Assembly (NCBI GenBank): GCA_054600435.1 | Contig: BAAIJX010000006.1 | Location: forward strand, 434,001-498,000 | Length of the DNA: 64,000 nucleotides | Reading direction: 5' to 3' | Source: Neophaeotheca triangularis | Taxonomy: Eukaryota | Shown here: piece by piece, positions 48,592 through 58,962 of the stretch | Layout of the letters: every line of letters begins with the position of its first letter | Numbering within the stretch: the stretch's first letter is position 1 | Program-made: the position numbers and the translations under genes | The notes under the pieces: generated by a model | Database searches by the model: none | Seen by the model: only the letters and a program-made list of their open reading frames with translations | Told to the model about the DNA's origin: nothing

Positions 48592-49415
48592 CTACAACAA
48601 AACCATCGCGGCCGCACCGAACATGACTCCCAGGGTACCCGCAGTAACAACCGTCTTGCCCGCTCCCGAGGAAGCATCGTAAGTCGCAACAGGCGGGAAG
48701 CCAGCAGTCCCACTGGGCGCACCCGACGTGCCATTCCCAGTACCATTGAAGCCAGGATCCTGCACAGCAAACGGCGCAATCGCATCGGAGCCATTGCTGC
48801 ACAGGAAGTAATTCGCGCCGAAAGGCTGACCGAGCCCGGAAGCCGCGATGAACGCGTCGGTGTCGAAATTGCTGCGGTTTTCCGCGCTGTAGCCGCTCCA
48901 GGCCGCCGGGATAGAGAAGTTGGCGGGCTGGTAGAAGATGTACTGGATGTACCTGTGGGCGCTGGAGCTGGGGGGCGGCATGGGCCGGGCGTAGGGCACG
49001 AGGGTTTCGCCGCCCGCGATGCTGGTGAAGCCGTCTTGACCCGTGAGGTCGCGTGCGAGCCAGTGCAGGATGTCGGAGCTGGTGGGGTTTTCGGGGGTTG
49101 GCTAAAAGGGGGGTGGAGGTGTTAGCTTGGAGGCACTTTGAATGGCTGTGGTGTCGCGAGATTTACCGCGTCCGGGTCTACCATCATGACTACGAAGGTC
49201 TGGTTCGGGTTGCCGTTGTAGAGGCCGGTGGAGATCACGGGTGCTTCCGCTGGCACCTCGATGCCTAGCTGAGAGCCGGGCGTGATGTCGCGGTCGTTGT
49301 AGGCAACGTTGAGGCGTACATTGGCGCTGGGGGTGTAGTTGGGAGGAATCGACTCTACTTGGGCGGATGCGAGACCAGCGAGAGCGGCAAGCGCCAGTAT
49401 CTTTGATGGAGCCAT
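48592..49415 (-). CDS. Secreted, probably GPI-anchored PEBP-family protein; exons 49415-49167, 49101-48592
   Basis: Signal peptide MAPSKILALAALAGLASA; spliced MVDPDAPTP..ILHWL; PYARPMPP..AHRY; hydrophobic C-terminal tail. Confidence 0.88.
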
Positions 49416-50304
49416 TGCAGTGAGGACGGTTCGGTATTCAACGACACTTGATCTATCGTTTATTCAATTAAGCAAGTTGAACGGTCTGAAGTGAGTGAGA
49501 CGTGGAGTAGCTACGTCTAGACTATTTTACCAAAGCTACATAATAGCACAAGAAGGGCAAGCTTCTTTCTTATTAGTACTTTGAGCTCCGCGGAGCCCGG
49601 GTCCCCAATCACGGCAGGCGCTGAGAGTGGTGATGCTATGCCAAGCATACGGTACGAATTGAGGAGTGAACTCAAGCTAACCCCGCAAGTCAATCCCCAA
49701 CTTCCCCTACCTAGGCGCCCCCGTTGTTTCGGGCAAGCCCTCACCGGAAGTGGGACCGAATCTATCTTGACGATATCTGCTCTATGAGTGAACTCAGCTC
49801 GACATGGCAGAGAAACAAGACCATGGAGCTCGTGGACTGGCAACAATCTTCAACCCCGAATAGGCGGGAAACGCTTCGTTTTGTAGCAACGCGAAGTAAA
49901 CGTTTGACTTTCTGCTGAAACCGGTCTGGAACTACTGCCACCGTCAACCTGGCTCTCGAACTAATGGGCAAACGGAAAGGTCGCTCAACCCGCCGCTGCA
50001 ATCTTCAGATCAGCCAGTCGACTCTAATCTTCCATAGGCCGAGGAAGTTGGAAACAGCTCGAAGTTGGCATTTGAACAGAGTATCTCCGTGGGCAGATCA
50101 ATCAAGTGTAAATTGTATCATGTGCAGACGATACGAAGGTTTTGGGGACGGCAAGGGGCGTAGTTCTTCGGTCTCAAAAGCAATGAGTCCCCTTAAGGCA
50201 GCGTCAAAGTCTCCTATCCCAGCAGCAATATCAGGGCGGAAATCAGCACACTGTAGGGACAAGACGTCCGTTGGTCCCAACACCTTGGAGTAAGGAGCAG
50301 CAAC

Positions 50305-51750
50305 ATGGCATCTCGACACCCGCAAGCCAGCTTCGAGACACAAGGCAACCTAGTATAGGCTTTCCAGAGCGTGGTCGTTGATCAGTCGAGGGTAACGTGC
50401 ATCGGATTTGCGCCTTTCAAGGGCCGCAGATGCCGGAATCAAACCACAGGCAAAAATTCCGCAGAAGCGAGGCGCAGGATGAAGAGCCTAGGGCCCGAGG
50501 TCTTATTGCCTGCAGGACTTGCTGTCGCATTTGGAGATCATTGCAGGACTGTTGCTGTGTCGCCGCTTTCGTCATGGCCAAGCCGCGAACAAGGCTGCAG
50601 AGTGGCTAGATATTATCTTGAGTAAGCCAGCTTGAGTGTTTCCACTGAGCCGCTCGTCCCCGAGCGGGCAAATTTCCTGGCTCGCTCACCCTATGCGCCA
50701 TAGAGGCTAGCCAGGACGCGGAGAAGACACGCTTCAAGGTCCCGGTGCTGCTGAAAACGGGAGAAAAAAGACCGCCGGAAAAGACAAGGTTAGTGCCACA
50801 TTATACAAAAGAGAGATGTCGTGTGGAGATCTACAGGAGAGCTTCGACGGTGAGGAGTCAAAAACGAAAGGAACTTACCTTATGGGAAAGGGAGGCAAAA
50901 GCACACCAATGGCAGCGATACAACTCCGTAAGCAGCAAGGAGCAGATGCTAAGCAGCTTCTCGCTGAAGCTGTGACCCTTCGAGCGCGAAAGGAAGCAGC
51001 TCGGAAACGCCGTGAAGAAGCTCTTCGACAAGCCGCACGTGAGCGAAACGAGCGAAAAGCCGAAACCCGCCAGCGTCAGATAAAGGCCGAGGTCCGTCAA
51101 GCACAAGCGAAGGAAGAAGCAGCCCGCCAGCGCCGCGAAGAAGCACTCCGGCAAGGCGCCCTGGACCGAGCCCAGCAGGAAGCCGACGTCCGGCGACGGA
51201 AGGCGCTGGCTGAAGCTCGTCGATCTCTGGAGGAAGCCTGAGCTCGTTTGCGTCGCGAGTGTTTATATCGACAACTTGGTGCGCTCGAAGAATACCTTCG
51301 ACGGGAACAGGGATGGTGGAAGGAGCAGGCCAGACGAGAGCAAGATGCAAGGGCACAGGCCCGTCAGGAGGAAGAGGAAGCATCTCGTCGTCGCGACATT
51401 GAGCGTCGGGCCTGGGAGAAAGCTTGGAGTCACTGTGAAGACGCCTGGTCGTGGCGATTCCACGCGAACGCTTGCTATCTCCTTGAACAAACGCCGGGCG
51501 ACTTGCCATAATTCGAAAACGGCGGGGGGTTGATGCCGTCGCTGTCATTGAATTCTTCCGGCAGGCTGTTCCTGAACTTATGAGAGAGGATGCGACCGAG
51601 CAGCGGAGGATGTTGATGAAACAGTCCTTGAGATGGCATCCGAACAAGATCATGCCGGAGTTTCCGAGGGTGGCTGAAGATGAACGTGCTTTGGACATGG
51701 TTAAGGTGACAATGCAAGATTCGAACGAGCTCATGGGCGCGGCGTGGTAG
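50305..51750 (+). pseudogene. Decayed gene: Cys/His N-terminal domain, coiled coil, C-terminal LRWHPxK helical domain
   Basis: ATG at 50305 with in-frame TAG at 50356; CIGFAPFKGRRCRN; after a frameshift LEIIAGLLLCRRFRHGQA..W; in-frame TGA at 51239 within an E/R/A coiled coil; stop at 51509 and a shift before EFFRQAVP..LRWHPNKI. Confidence 0.7.
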
Positions 51751-52658
51751 CTATGATGAAGTGGCCATATTTTACTATAATTATCTTCAAATAGCCTTTC
51801 TCTCGCCAACCCTCACTTCAAGGCACTTTGAATTGAGGTCACGGAGCATTCGTCCTGTACGCCATGTCTTGACGAGCGGTCTAGTGTTAGGGTTTGGGTA
51901 GGTACCAAAGTCAGATGCTTGGAAGCTCTCGATGCCTACCTCGGAGGTAACGCGTCCCGTGGACCTCAGGCTGCCTCTTTGAGAAAGCCTAGCTCAGGGT
52001 GGTAGAGTTTTCTTTGGAGAGGTCAACAGCAGTTGCGGTGTAAGAGTAAGACGCGTGAACAGGAGTCAATGCGATGCAGGTGAGACGCATTGGACGACCC
52101 AATGGGAAGAGACCACGCCGAGACGGTGGAGATGGCGGTGGTCACAGACTCAAGTACTTCTTTTGTTTGTTGGGCATCTTCGCCTACGGGTTGGGGTATT
52201 CTGTTCAGACGACATGTAGATGCACCTCACAAGTTGGGCGGATGTCAAATACTATAATGGAGTATTCTTTAATATGATTATGATTGTTATGATTATTGTT
52301 GCTTGGTGGCTGATGACTTGTGGTTGCTGGGGATCCACTGGTATTACTCTAATCCGGTCTAGTCATGTTTTTGGCCGTAGCCTCGGAACCACCTCAAGCT
52401 CCCAGCTTAATTTGCGGAGGAAGCTTTCGCTTTCGCTTCCCTCCCTCCCACCTCCGAGCGCGCTTCGTCTACTGCATCTCAATCACAACACAACAACACA
52501 CTCACCTCCTCCTCTCTCCCTCTCTTCCTCCCACCCCCCCGCCATCACCTGCTTGTCCTACTTGAACCAGCCCGCTCCAGAGTTCCCCCAGCAGTCGCCC
52601 ACACTGCTACTTTGAGAGTCCTCAGCTGCGCAAGAACAGCTGAGGCCGAGTCGTCAAT

Positions 52659-53696
52659 CTGGACTACGATTGCAGAGTCCCAATCCCAGTGAGCTTCTTT
52701 CCAGTGAGTATACCCATCGCGTCACCCTATCAATGACAATGTCATTGAGCAAAATTCATCGTGCGTGTACGGGCTGACACACTCATCTTCACAGTCGACC
52801 TACAAGAACCAAGACGCCCAAGTCACCGAAGAACGGACAGAGGAACGCATCTCTGTCGAAGAAGGGGAAGGTCGTCAACGTGAACGTCAACAATCTTCCT
52901 CTTCCAACGTCGGCCTTCCCCGTGATCGCAAGGACGAGCGCTACACGCGTGAAGAGGTTCGCTTTACCGACGACGACCGCCAACGTCCGGGTCGTGTAAG
53001 CCACGAGGAAGACGTCAGGGTATACCGAGGCGACCGTCGCGACACGACCGTTGTCAACGAGCGGTAAGCACATACACACACCCTCTCTCTTTTCATTCTC
53101 AGCCTCCTTCTTTGGCATGACCTGGACAGTCAGTCCATGTCCCGTCTGTTTTGGCTGTCGTCGCTCTTCTGCACACTGCACACTGCACTCTGCACACTGC
53201 ACATCGGCACGGGCCCGCTTCCCCCTGATGAGCTGGCGCGACACGCTACTCGGCTAGCGCGCCACTAGTGCCATTTGGTCGACCTGGGAACTTACCTGCT
53301 TCACCTTTTGCTTTGTCTTCTCTCTCACCGGCTCTTGAAGCTCTTGAAGCTCCATCCTTGTCATGTCTTTGGTCCCAATGCTGACGGTCGCCTCCTAGCT
53401 ACCGTGAACCCTACCAACGCTACGCCGGAGCTCAACTTGACGTAGAAGATCGTGTTTACGACAACGAGCAGCAGTACAACACCCGTCACTCCCCTACCAA
53501 CGTCGACTACAACAGTCGGCTAGACAACTTCGAGCAAGACTACCGCCAGCGTACCACTCCGTACGCCGAGCAGTACCAAGACAAGAGTACCTACCCCAGG
53601 GACTACCCAGAACAGACCGGCTTCGACGAAAGAGTCCGTACTACCGAGACTCACACCGTCGATCCACGCTCCCCCGACACCAAGTCCAAACGTGAC
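52659..53696 (+). CDS. Putative CUG-initiated 204-aa N-terminal extension of HEX1; exons 52659-52703, 52795-53063, 53399-53696
   Basis: Two canonical introns (GTGAGT..GCTGAC..ACAG; GTAAGC..GCTGAC..CTAG) join a stop-free frame into the HEX1 ATG; no ATG in any frame; in-frame TGA at 52641. Confidence 0.72.
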
Positions 53697-54389
53697 ATGG
53701 GATACTACGACGAAGACGGCCACTATCACTCTTTCCGTCACGGACTGCACCGCGCTGCCGACCGCGTCCTCCACCCGATCCACGGCGGTGACCACTCCCA
53801 CTCCCACTCCCACTCCAACCGCCAACAGACCGACGACATCAGCGAAGACCGCGTAGTCAGTGACCGCGAAGTCCAAGTTTCCCAGCCTCGCCGTCAATCC
53901 GGAGCAAGCATGCCTCGTCGTTTCTCCGAGCGTTCCGGTGTGCCCAACACCATCACCATCCCCTGCCACCACATCCGCATTGGCGACCTCTTGATCCTTC
54001 AAGGCCGCCCATGCCAGGTCATTCGCATCACGACCTCTGCCCAGACTGGTCAGCACCGCTACTTGGGTGTTGACCTCTTCACCAAGCAATTGCACGAAGA
54101 GTCTTCCTTCGTCAGCAATCCATCCCCGTCGGTTGTTGTCCAGAACATGCTTGGCCCAGTCTTCAAGCAGTACCGTGTCTTGGACATCCGTGACGATGGC
54201 CGTGTCGTCGCCATGACCGAGACCGGAGACGTCAAGCAGGGCTTGCCCGTCCTCGACCAGAGCAGCTTGCTCGCCCGTCTCAACGACAGCTTCAACGATG
54301 GCCGTGGCAGCGTCAGGGTTCTCGTCATCAACGATGAGGGACGCGAGATGGCTGTCGACTACAAGGTCGTCCACGGTAGCAGGTTGTAG
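53697..54389 (+). CDS. hex1: Woronin body major protein (eIF5A-like fold, PTS1)
   Basis: MGYYDEDGHYHSFR, TIPCHHIRIGDLLILQGRPCQVIRI, QHRYLGVDLFTKQLHEESSF and C-terminal peroxisomal signal SRL. Confidence 0.98.
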   Translation: MGYYDEDGHYHSFRHGLHRAADRVLHPIHGGDHSHSHSHSNRQQTDDISEDRVVSDREVQVSQPRRQSGASMPRRFSERSGVPNTITIPCHHIRIGDLLILQGRPCQVIRITTSAQTGQHRYLGVDLFTKQLHEESSFVSNPSPSVVVQNMLGPVFKQYRVLDIRDDGRVVAMTETGDVKQGLPVLDQSSLLARLNDSFNDGRGSVRVLVINDEGREMAVDYKVVHGSRL

Positions 54390-55128
54390 ACAAGATTGTA
54401 CTTGTAAGTTGGCTCCACTCAATCAACGATTTGACAGCTCAAGTGCTCACAATCCCAAGCAGTCCGCACAGGAACCACCACAATTACCTGTTGTGCCCGC
54501 CTGTACCTAGGCACAAAGTGTACACTGCCATGTTTAGGAGCTCTACTTCTTACTGTACCTTAGTTGTCATTGGGCTGCCTTCAGCCGCCACAAGGTGTAC
54601 AAGGGTTACAGCGAGCCGTACAAACAAATGATTCAAGGATAAGGAAGGACGCTAGACTGTCGATAGTTTGCGTAGTATAGTCAAACGGAAAGAGTCCTTA
54701 CATAATCACATGATTTGATGCTCGATTGGAACGTTCATGGCATGATTGTATTCTTACAAGTGAGTGTTGTCGCTGCACAGTCCTTCCTCGTTTCCTGAGC
54801 TCCAACGTGCCAAGTCTGTAGCATGTTCACTTTTGTCATGCAGATTTGGGAAACAACGTGGGCACAGTAGTAGAAGTAGTATCATCGTTCCAAACAGAGC
54901 TAATCGCCCATAGAAATACCTACACGAATGCATCCTGGGTATCAAAAAGAGGTATTGTTGGAATTCGTGACATGCATCGCCATCGTCTCTCCCATTACAA
55001 CCTCCATGCTTCATTATACCTCCTCTACCAAGCCTTGAGTCCACGCTTTTTTGCCTTGTGAATCCCAGCGGGCATCTCGACACCGTTGGAGGCCTCCGAT
55101 CCCGCTGCCGCGTTTTGTCGGCTCTTAC

Positions 55129-58100
55129 CTAGCCAACCGCGCTCTCGTCTTCTCCGCGAATATCCCCAGCCGGTGCTTCATCATCGTCCTGCGCTGCTGG
55201 GTGGGCAGTTGTAGTCGAAGTAAGAGCGACAGTGGGTGCGTTTTTCTCTTCCTGCGCCCCTGCAGTCGCCTGGTCCTCCAATTCTGCCATCTCCACCTCA
55301 ATATCCTGGACAGTTGGGGGCGATGTGATGGAGGCAGAGGTGGTAGTGCTGCCATCCGTCTGAGAGCTCCCTGCTCCGGCCGCCTGTTGGTACAGCTCTT
55401 GCACTGCCACTTCACCATCTCCCTCGACAACCTGCGCTGATGAAGGCGTGGCAGAGGCAGTGGCGACGGTGCCATCGGTCTCAGGCATACGAGCGGAGGA
55501 AGCAGCGGTAGAATCTATCTCAGACCCATCCGCCCTTCCAGTTGCATGAGCGTCTGTTTTAGATCCAATGCTCGCGTCATGAGCAAGGCGGGCTTCCAGG
55601 GCGGCTGCCGCCACCTTTTCCGACAAGCGGGCCTCGTTATCTTCCTGGATCCGGGCCAGTTCTTCCTGCCTGGCCACTTGCGCGATGGGTCCTGCGTACT
55701 GTATAGGGTCCGGCCCAACGAGGTAGGGCGGCCGCTCATGAGGTGCCAGGTGCTCGCTTTTGATGTGCCTGCACGTCAAAGCGAATCTCAACGTGTCTTC
55801 TGGCTCGACCTCGTGCTCGAAGTACTTCTGCACAGCGTAGCCGTCCATTATAATGACGGTTCCATGGCTCAGACCCAGCTCGAGGAGCGGTGGCGCGTTC
55901 TTCGAGCGCAGGCCAAGCTCCTTCGGGAGCTCCGCACGGCGCTGGTTGTACGACTCAAGGTCGCCATTACTCTTGAGAAGCTGGAGTTCTTGCCAAGCCT
56001 TCATCCGCGGCTCGAACGTGTCCGCTTCGTTAAAACAGCCTCGAATCGGCGGCTCTTCAACGAAGAGACCGGTCTTGGTGACACCGGTGTAGTACTTGCT
56101 CTTCATTCGCAAGTTCATCCGGGCCCTTCCACCAAGCGAGAGTGTGGCAATTCTCGGGCCCAACCCAGCCTCACCGTCATCGTGGTAGTTGATCTTCTGA
56201 CCACTGGTGTAGGCAAAGATCAGGAGCTCGTTGAAATCAAGCTTGCCTTCCGGTTCAGAAGGCAGGAACTCTCCAGCCATGTAGTTGGCGACAGAGCGGA
56301 ACTGCTGGACCGGCCAAGGAGCTGCTTCGAAGGGCGCGCTCGAGGGCGAAGCAATGAACTTGTAAGGTTCACCGTAATTCATGGAAAAGGCGTTCATGAA
56401 GCTGCCCTGCTTTGAGGCCTTTTCGGTAGGCTCTTGCGTTACGGCTGGCAACTCGTCGGCTTCGAAGTCTTCCTCATCCATCGACTGGCGTTTGCGCTTC
56501 TTCGGTTGGACCAACTCCTGCTTTGGCAAGGCAGCTTTCCTGATGGGCCGGCGCTCGAGACTGCAGTCTTCCGTCTGCATCGCCTCAAACATCTGGTCGA
56601 AGCCCCGGGCCTCTGCCCTCACGCTCGCGTATGGCATGAGGTACGCAAGGCAGCCTCCAATTCCCGCGAAACTGTATATGTGGCCTTTAAATGCCCCAGG
56701 CCGATGGACAGTCTGCATACTCACCATTTCCTTCCGAAAATGGTTGTGCCGAGCTGTTGGCGGGCCAGTCATCGCGAGATCTTGGGAGGGCAATATCGAA
56801 GAGAGCGGAATTGGAATTCGGTCGGGCTTATGCTCCCATCCGCAATCTGGCTCGTTGCACACCCACTGCGCCCACTTCCACCGTGGCAGGCACTTGCCAC
56901 AGCCACGGCAGACGATGCCACGGTTGTGCTCTCTCCCGAGATGGTCCCCAAGTCTGAGTCCAGCCGCCGGGAGTGGAGGAAGCAACTCCTGTGGTGGCTG
57001 TTCGATATCCCATCGTGTCCGGTGGCGTAGGAACGACGGATCGTACAACTCATCTGCACCACAGGGAGCGTCCCGCCCGTCGTAGAGCTTCCAAAATTTG
57101 GTGCACTGGCTGTTCAAACAGCACCAGCCAAACAGATAGACTCGAGGGTGCTTTTCCTCGCAGGCCTGGCACGTTTCGAAATACATAGGCGAGACGACAT
57201 CTTCACCCAATAGCGGAGTGTCTATTGGAGCCGCGAACCACGCCGGCTCGTGCCCATCCAGCCTTTCCAGGCGATACTTCACTGTGGTGTAAATGCCGCT
57301 CCGGTTTGCTGCAGTCGACCTACCCTTCGTCTTCTCCGACCAGACGCTGATGGGCTTGTAGTAGCCTGCAACGTTGTACTTTTTCGGCATTTTCACCTTC
57401 AGCCCTGCACTGCGATTACCGAAGATCATGAGCACAGGGTCTTGATAGGCGATGTTATTTAGTAGACTTTTGGCCACAGCGTGGTCCATGTTCTGGTCCT
57501 TGACCTGCGCCATTGGGCCCTTGGCGTCCTCCTCTTGACCCATACCGCCGCTCATGCGTGCGATAACAAGATCCTCGTCGATGTATTCTCGACAATCACC
57601 TGAGTGACCGTCGATCATGAAGCCGTAAGCGTGGCCGTCATTGCAGTAGGCGCCGCCATTGTACGACTGAAAGTTGGTGAACGTTTCGCAGAGAGCTTGA
57701 CGATCATCGGCCCAAACGGGTGGTCTGCCCAAGGGCGCCGGCTTCTGATCAATCGGCAGTCGAAACATCATCCGCCGGGCAACTTCAATCTTGGCGGCGT
57801 GAAGCTTGAGTGAACGCGCAGCCAGAAGAGGATCTTCGGGTGTCAAAGGAGGGGAGGGTGGGCCAGCTGAGCTCTGTATGTTCACATGTGTTGGATCTGG
57901 GAGTCGTCCAGGAGCGTTGCCGATTGAACTTGCGAGTTTGCCGTTTCCGGAGTGTGCTAGGTCGAGGGCATCGATGGTTGACGATTCTACATCTGCATGT
58001 TGGTCCCCATTAACACGGGGGGGTGAAATGTAGGTCGACGCTACAGCTGAGGGAGCAGGGCTCCGGGAAGCAAGCGCAGGAGTCTTCAGTCGCAAAATGA

Positions 58101-58962
58101 GAGACCTTGGAGTCTCCGTCTCGGCTTCTGACTCTGGTCTTTGCTGCTGCGTCTTCCTCCTTTCCCCCCTGGGTTCTCGGTCTGGCTTTGGCTCCGAGGT
58201 CCGAACCTTGGCCGTAGGAGTTTTCGCGACCTTGCCCTCTCTGTTTCCCCATTTGGCTTCCGCGTCAGGAGCAGTGTCAAACCCAAACTTGATTGGCCGT
58301 CTCACGCTTCGTCTCCCCGACTGAATTGTCTCGAGGAAGACGTTGTGTTGCTGTACGCCTGGCTGCGAATTTAGACGCCTTTTTTTCGGTGCTGGCGGCT
58401 CGATGGACGTAGTCAGGTCTGAGGGCGCGTTTGCTCCGTCCATGCTCAGCTCGTTGCTGGCGATTGACTCGGTACCATTGGGCGGCAAGGTAGCTGGGTC
58501 AGCTGGCTGCTCTGGGGGATGCTCGACGCCGACAGCAATGGCAGTCGTCGACTCGTTGGTGAAATCGGTCCTAGCGTCCTGATCGGCGACTTCCATGACC
58601 TCCTCGCGGTGCTCAACCGCTTCGACCTCTTCACTCGTTGACAGTGCCACTGTCTCCCTCTTCACACCAAGGTTTGGGAAACGAGAAAAGACGCTCTTCG
58701 ACTTGGCTTCAATGGGTTCTGGTGCAGCATCGAGGACATCCTGCTCATCATGAGTTTGGTCATCATCCTGAGGGGGAGCAGGGGTGTCTGAAGTTCGCGG
58801 ATTAATAACAGGTTCTGAACCATATCGTTTGATGGCCTTGGGCGGTCGATTCGATCGTCGAAGGAATGATTGTGGAGCTTCCGGAGAAGAAGGCATACTG
58901 ATGGCATCGCTTAGTTCGGAATCGGAGTCATCGCAGAAGAGACTCGTATCATTGTAGTTCAT
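55129..58962 (-). CDS. Fungal AlkB-like 2OG-Fe(II) dioxygenase fused to an SRA/SAD-like domain and Cys-rich modules
   Basis: HxD..H..R set (INYHDDGE..IATLSLG..LSHG..QKYFEHEV..RFALTCR); upstream KYNVAGYYK..VWSEK..VKYRLERLD resembles the SRA C-terminus; CxxC clusters; first ATG at 58962. Confidence 0.85.
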   Translation of the reverse strand: MNYNDTSLFCDDSDSELSDAISMPSSPEAPQSFLRRSNRPPKAIKRYGSEPVINPRTSDTPAPPQDDDQTHDEQDVLDAAPEPIEAKSKSVFSRFPNLGVKRETVALSTSEEVEAVEHREEVMEVADQDARTDFTNESTTAIAVGVEHPPEQPADPATLPPNGTESIASNELSMDGANAPSDLTTSIEPPAPKKRRLNSQPGVQQHNVFLETIQSGRRSVRRPIKFGFDTAPDAEAKWGNREGKVAKTPTAKVRTSEPKPDREPRGERRKTQQQRPESEAETETPRSLILRLKTPALASRSPAPSAVASTYISPPRVNGDQHADVESSTIDALDLAHSGNGKLASSIGNAPGRLPDPTHVNIQSSAGPPSPPLTPEDPLLAARSLKLHAAKIEVARRMMFRLPIDQKPAPLGRPPVWADDRQALCETFTNFQSYNGGAYCNDGHAYGFMIDGHSGDCREYIDEDLVIARMSGGMGQEEDAKGPMAQVKDQNMDHAVAKSLLNNIAYQDPVLMIFGNRSAGLKVKMPKKYNVAGYYKPISVWSEKTKGRSTAANRSGIYTTVKYRLERLDGHEPAWFAAPIDTPLLGEDVVSPMYFETCQACEEKHPRVYLFGWCCLNSQCTKFWKLYDGRDAPCGADELYDPSFLRHRTRWDIEQPPQELLPPLPAAGLRLGDHLGREHNRGIVCRGCGKCLPRWKWAQWVCNEPDCGWEHKPDRIPIPLSSILPSQDLAMTGPPTARHNHFRKEMVSMQTVHRPGAFKGHIYSFAGIGGCLAYLMPYASVRAEARGFDQMFEAMQTEDCSLERRPIRKAALPKQELVQPKKRKRQSMDEEDFEADELPAVTQEPTEKASKQGSFMNAFSMNYGEPYKFIASPSSAPFEAAPWPVQQFRSVANYMAGEFLPSEPEGKLDFNELLIFAYTSGQKINYHDDGEAGLGPRIATLSLGGRARMNLRMKSKYYTGVTKTGLFVEEPPIRGCFNEADTFEPRMKAWQELQLLKSNGDLESYNQRRAELPKELGLRSKNAPPLLELGLSHGTVIIMDGYAVQKYFEHEVEPEDTLRFALTCRHIKSEHLAPHERPPYLVGPDPIQYAGPIAQVARQEELARIQEDNEARLSEKVAAAALEARLAHDASIGSKTDAHATGRADGSEIDSTAASSARMPETDGTVATASATPSSAQVVEGDGEVAVQELYQQAAGAGSSQTDGSTTTSASITSPPTVQDIEVEMAELEDQATAGAQEEKNAPTVALTSTTTAHPAAQDDDEAPAGDIRGEDESAVG

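Noticed and set aside
51886..51900. gttagggtttggg telomere-like sequence
   Set aside because: Only one perfect TTAGGG unit; expected by chance
53520..54422. 300-aa antisense ORF over HEX1; similar antisense ORFs over CK1, the dioxygenase and AlkB
   Set aside because: Shadow ORFs expected from strong codon bias and high GC on the coding strand; no motifs
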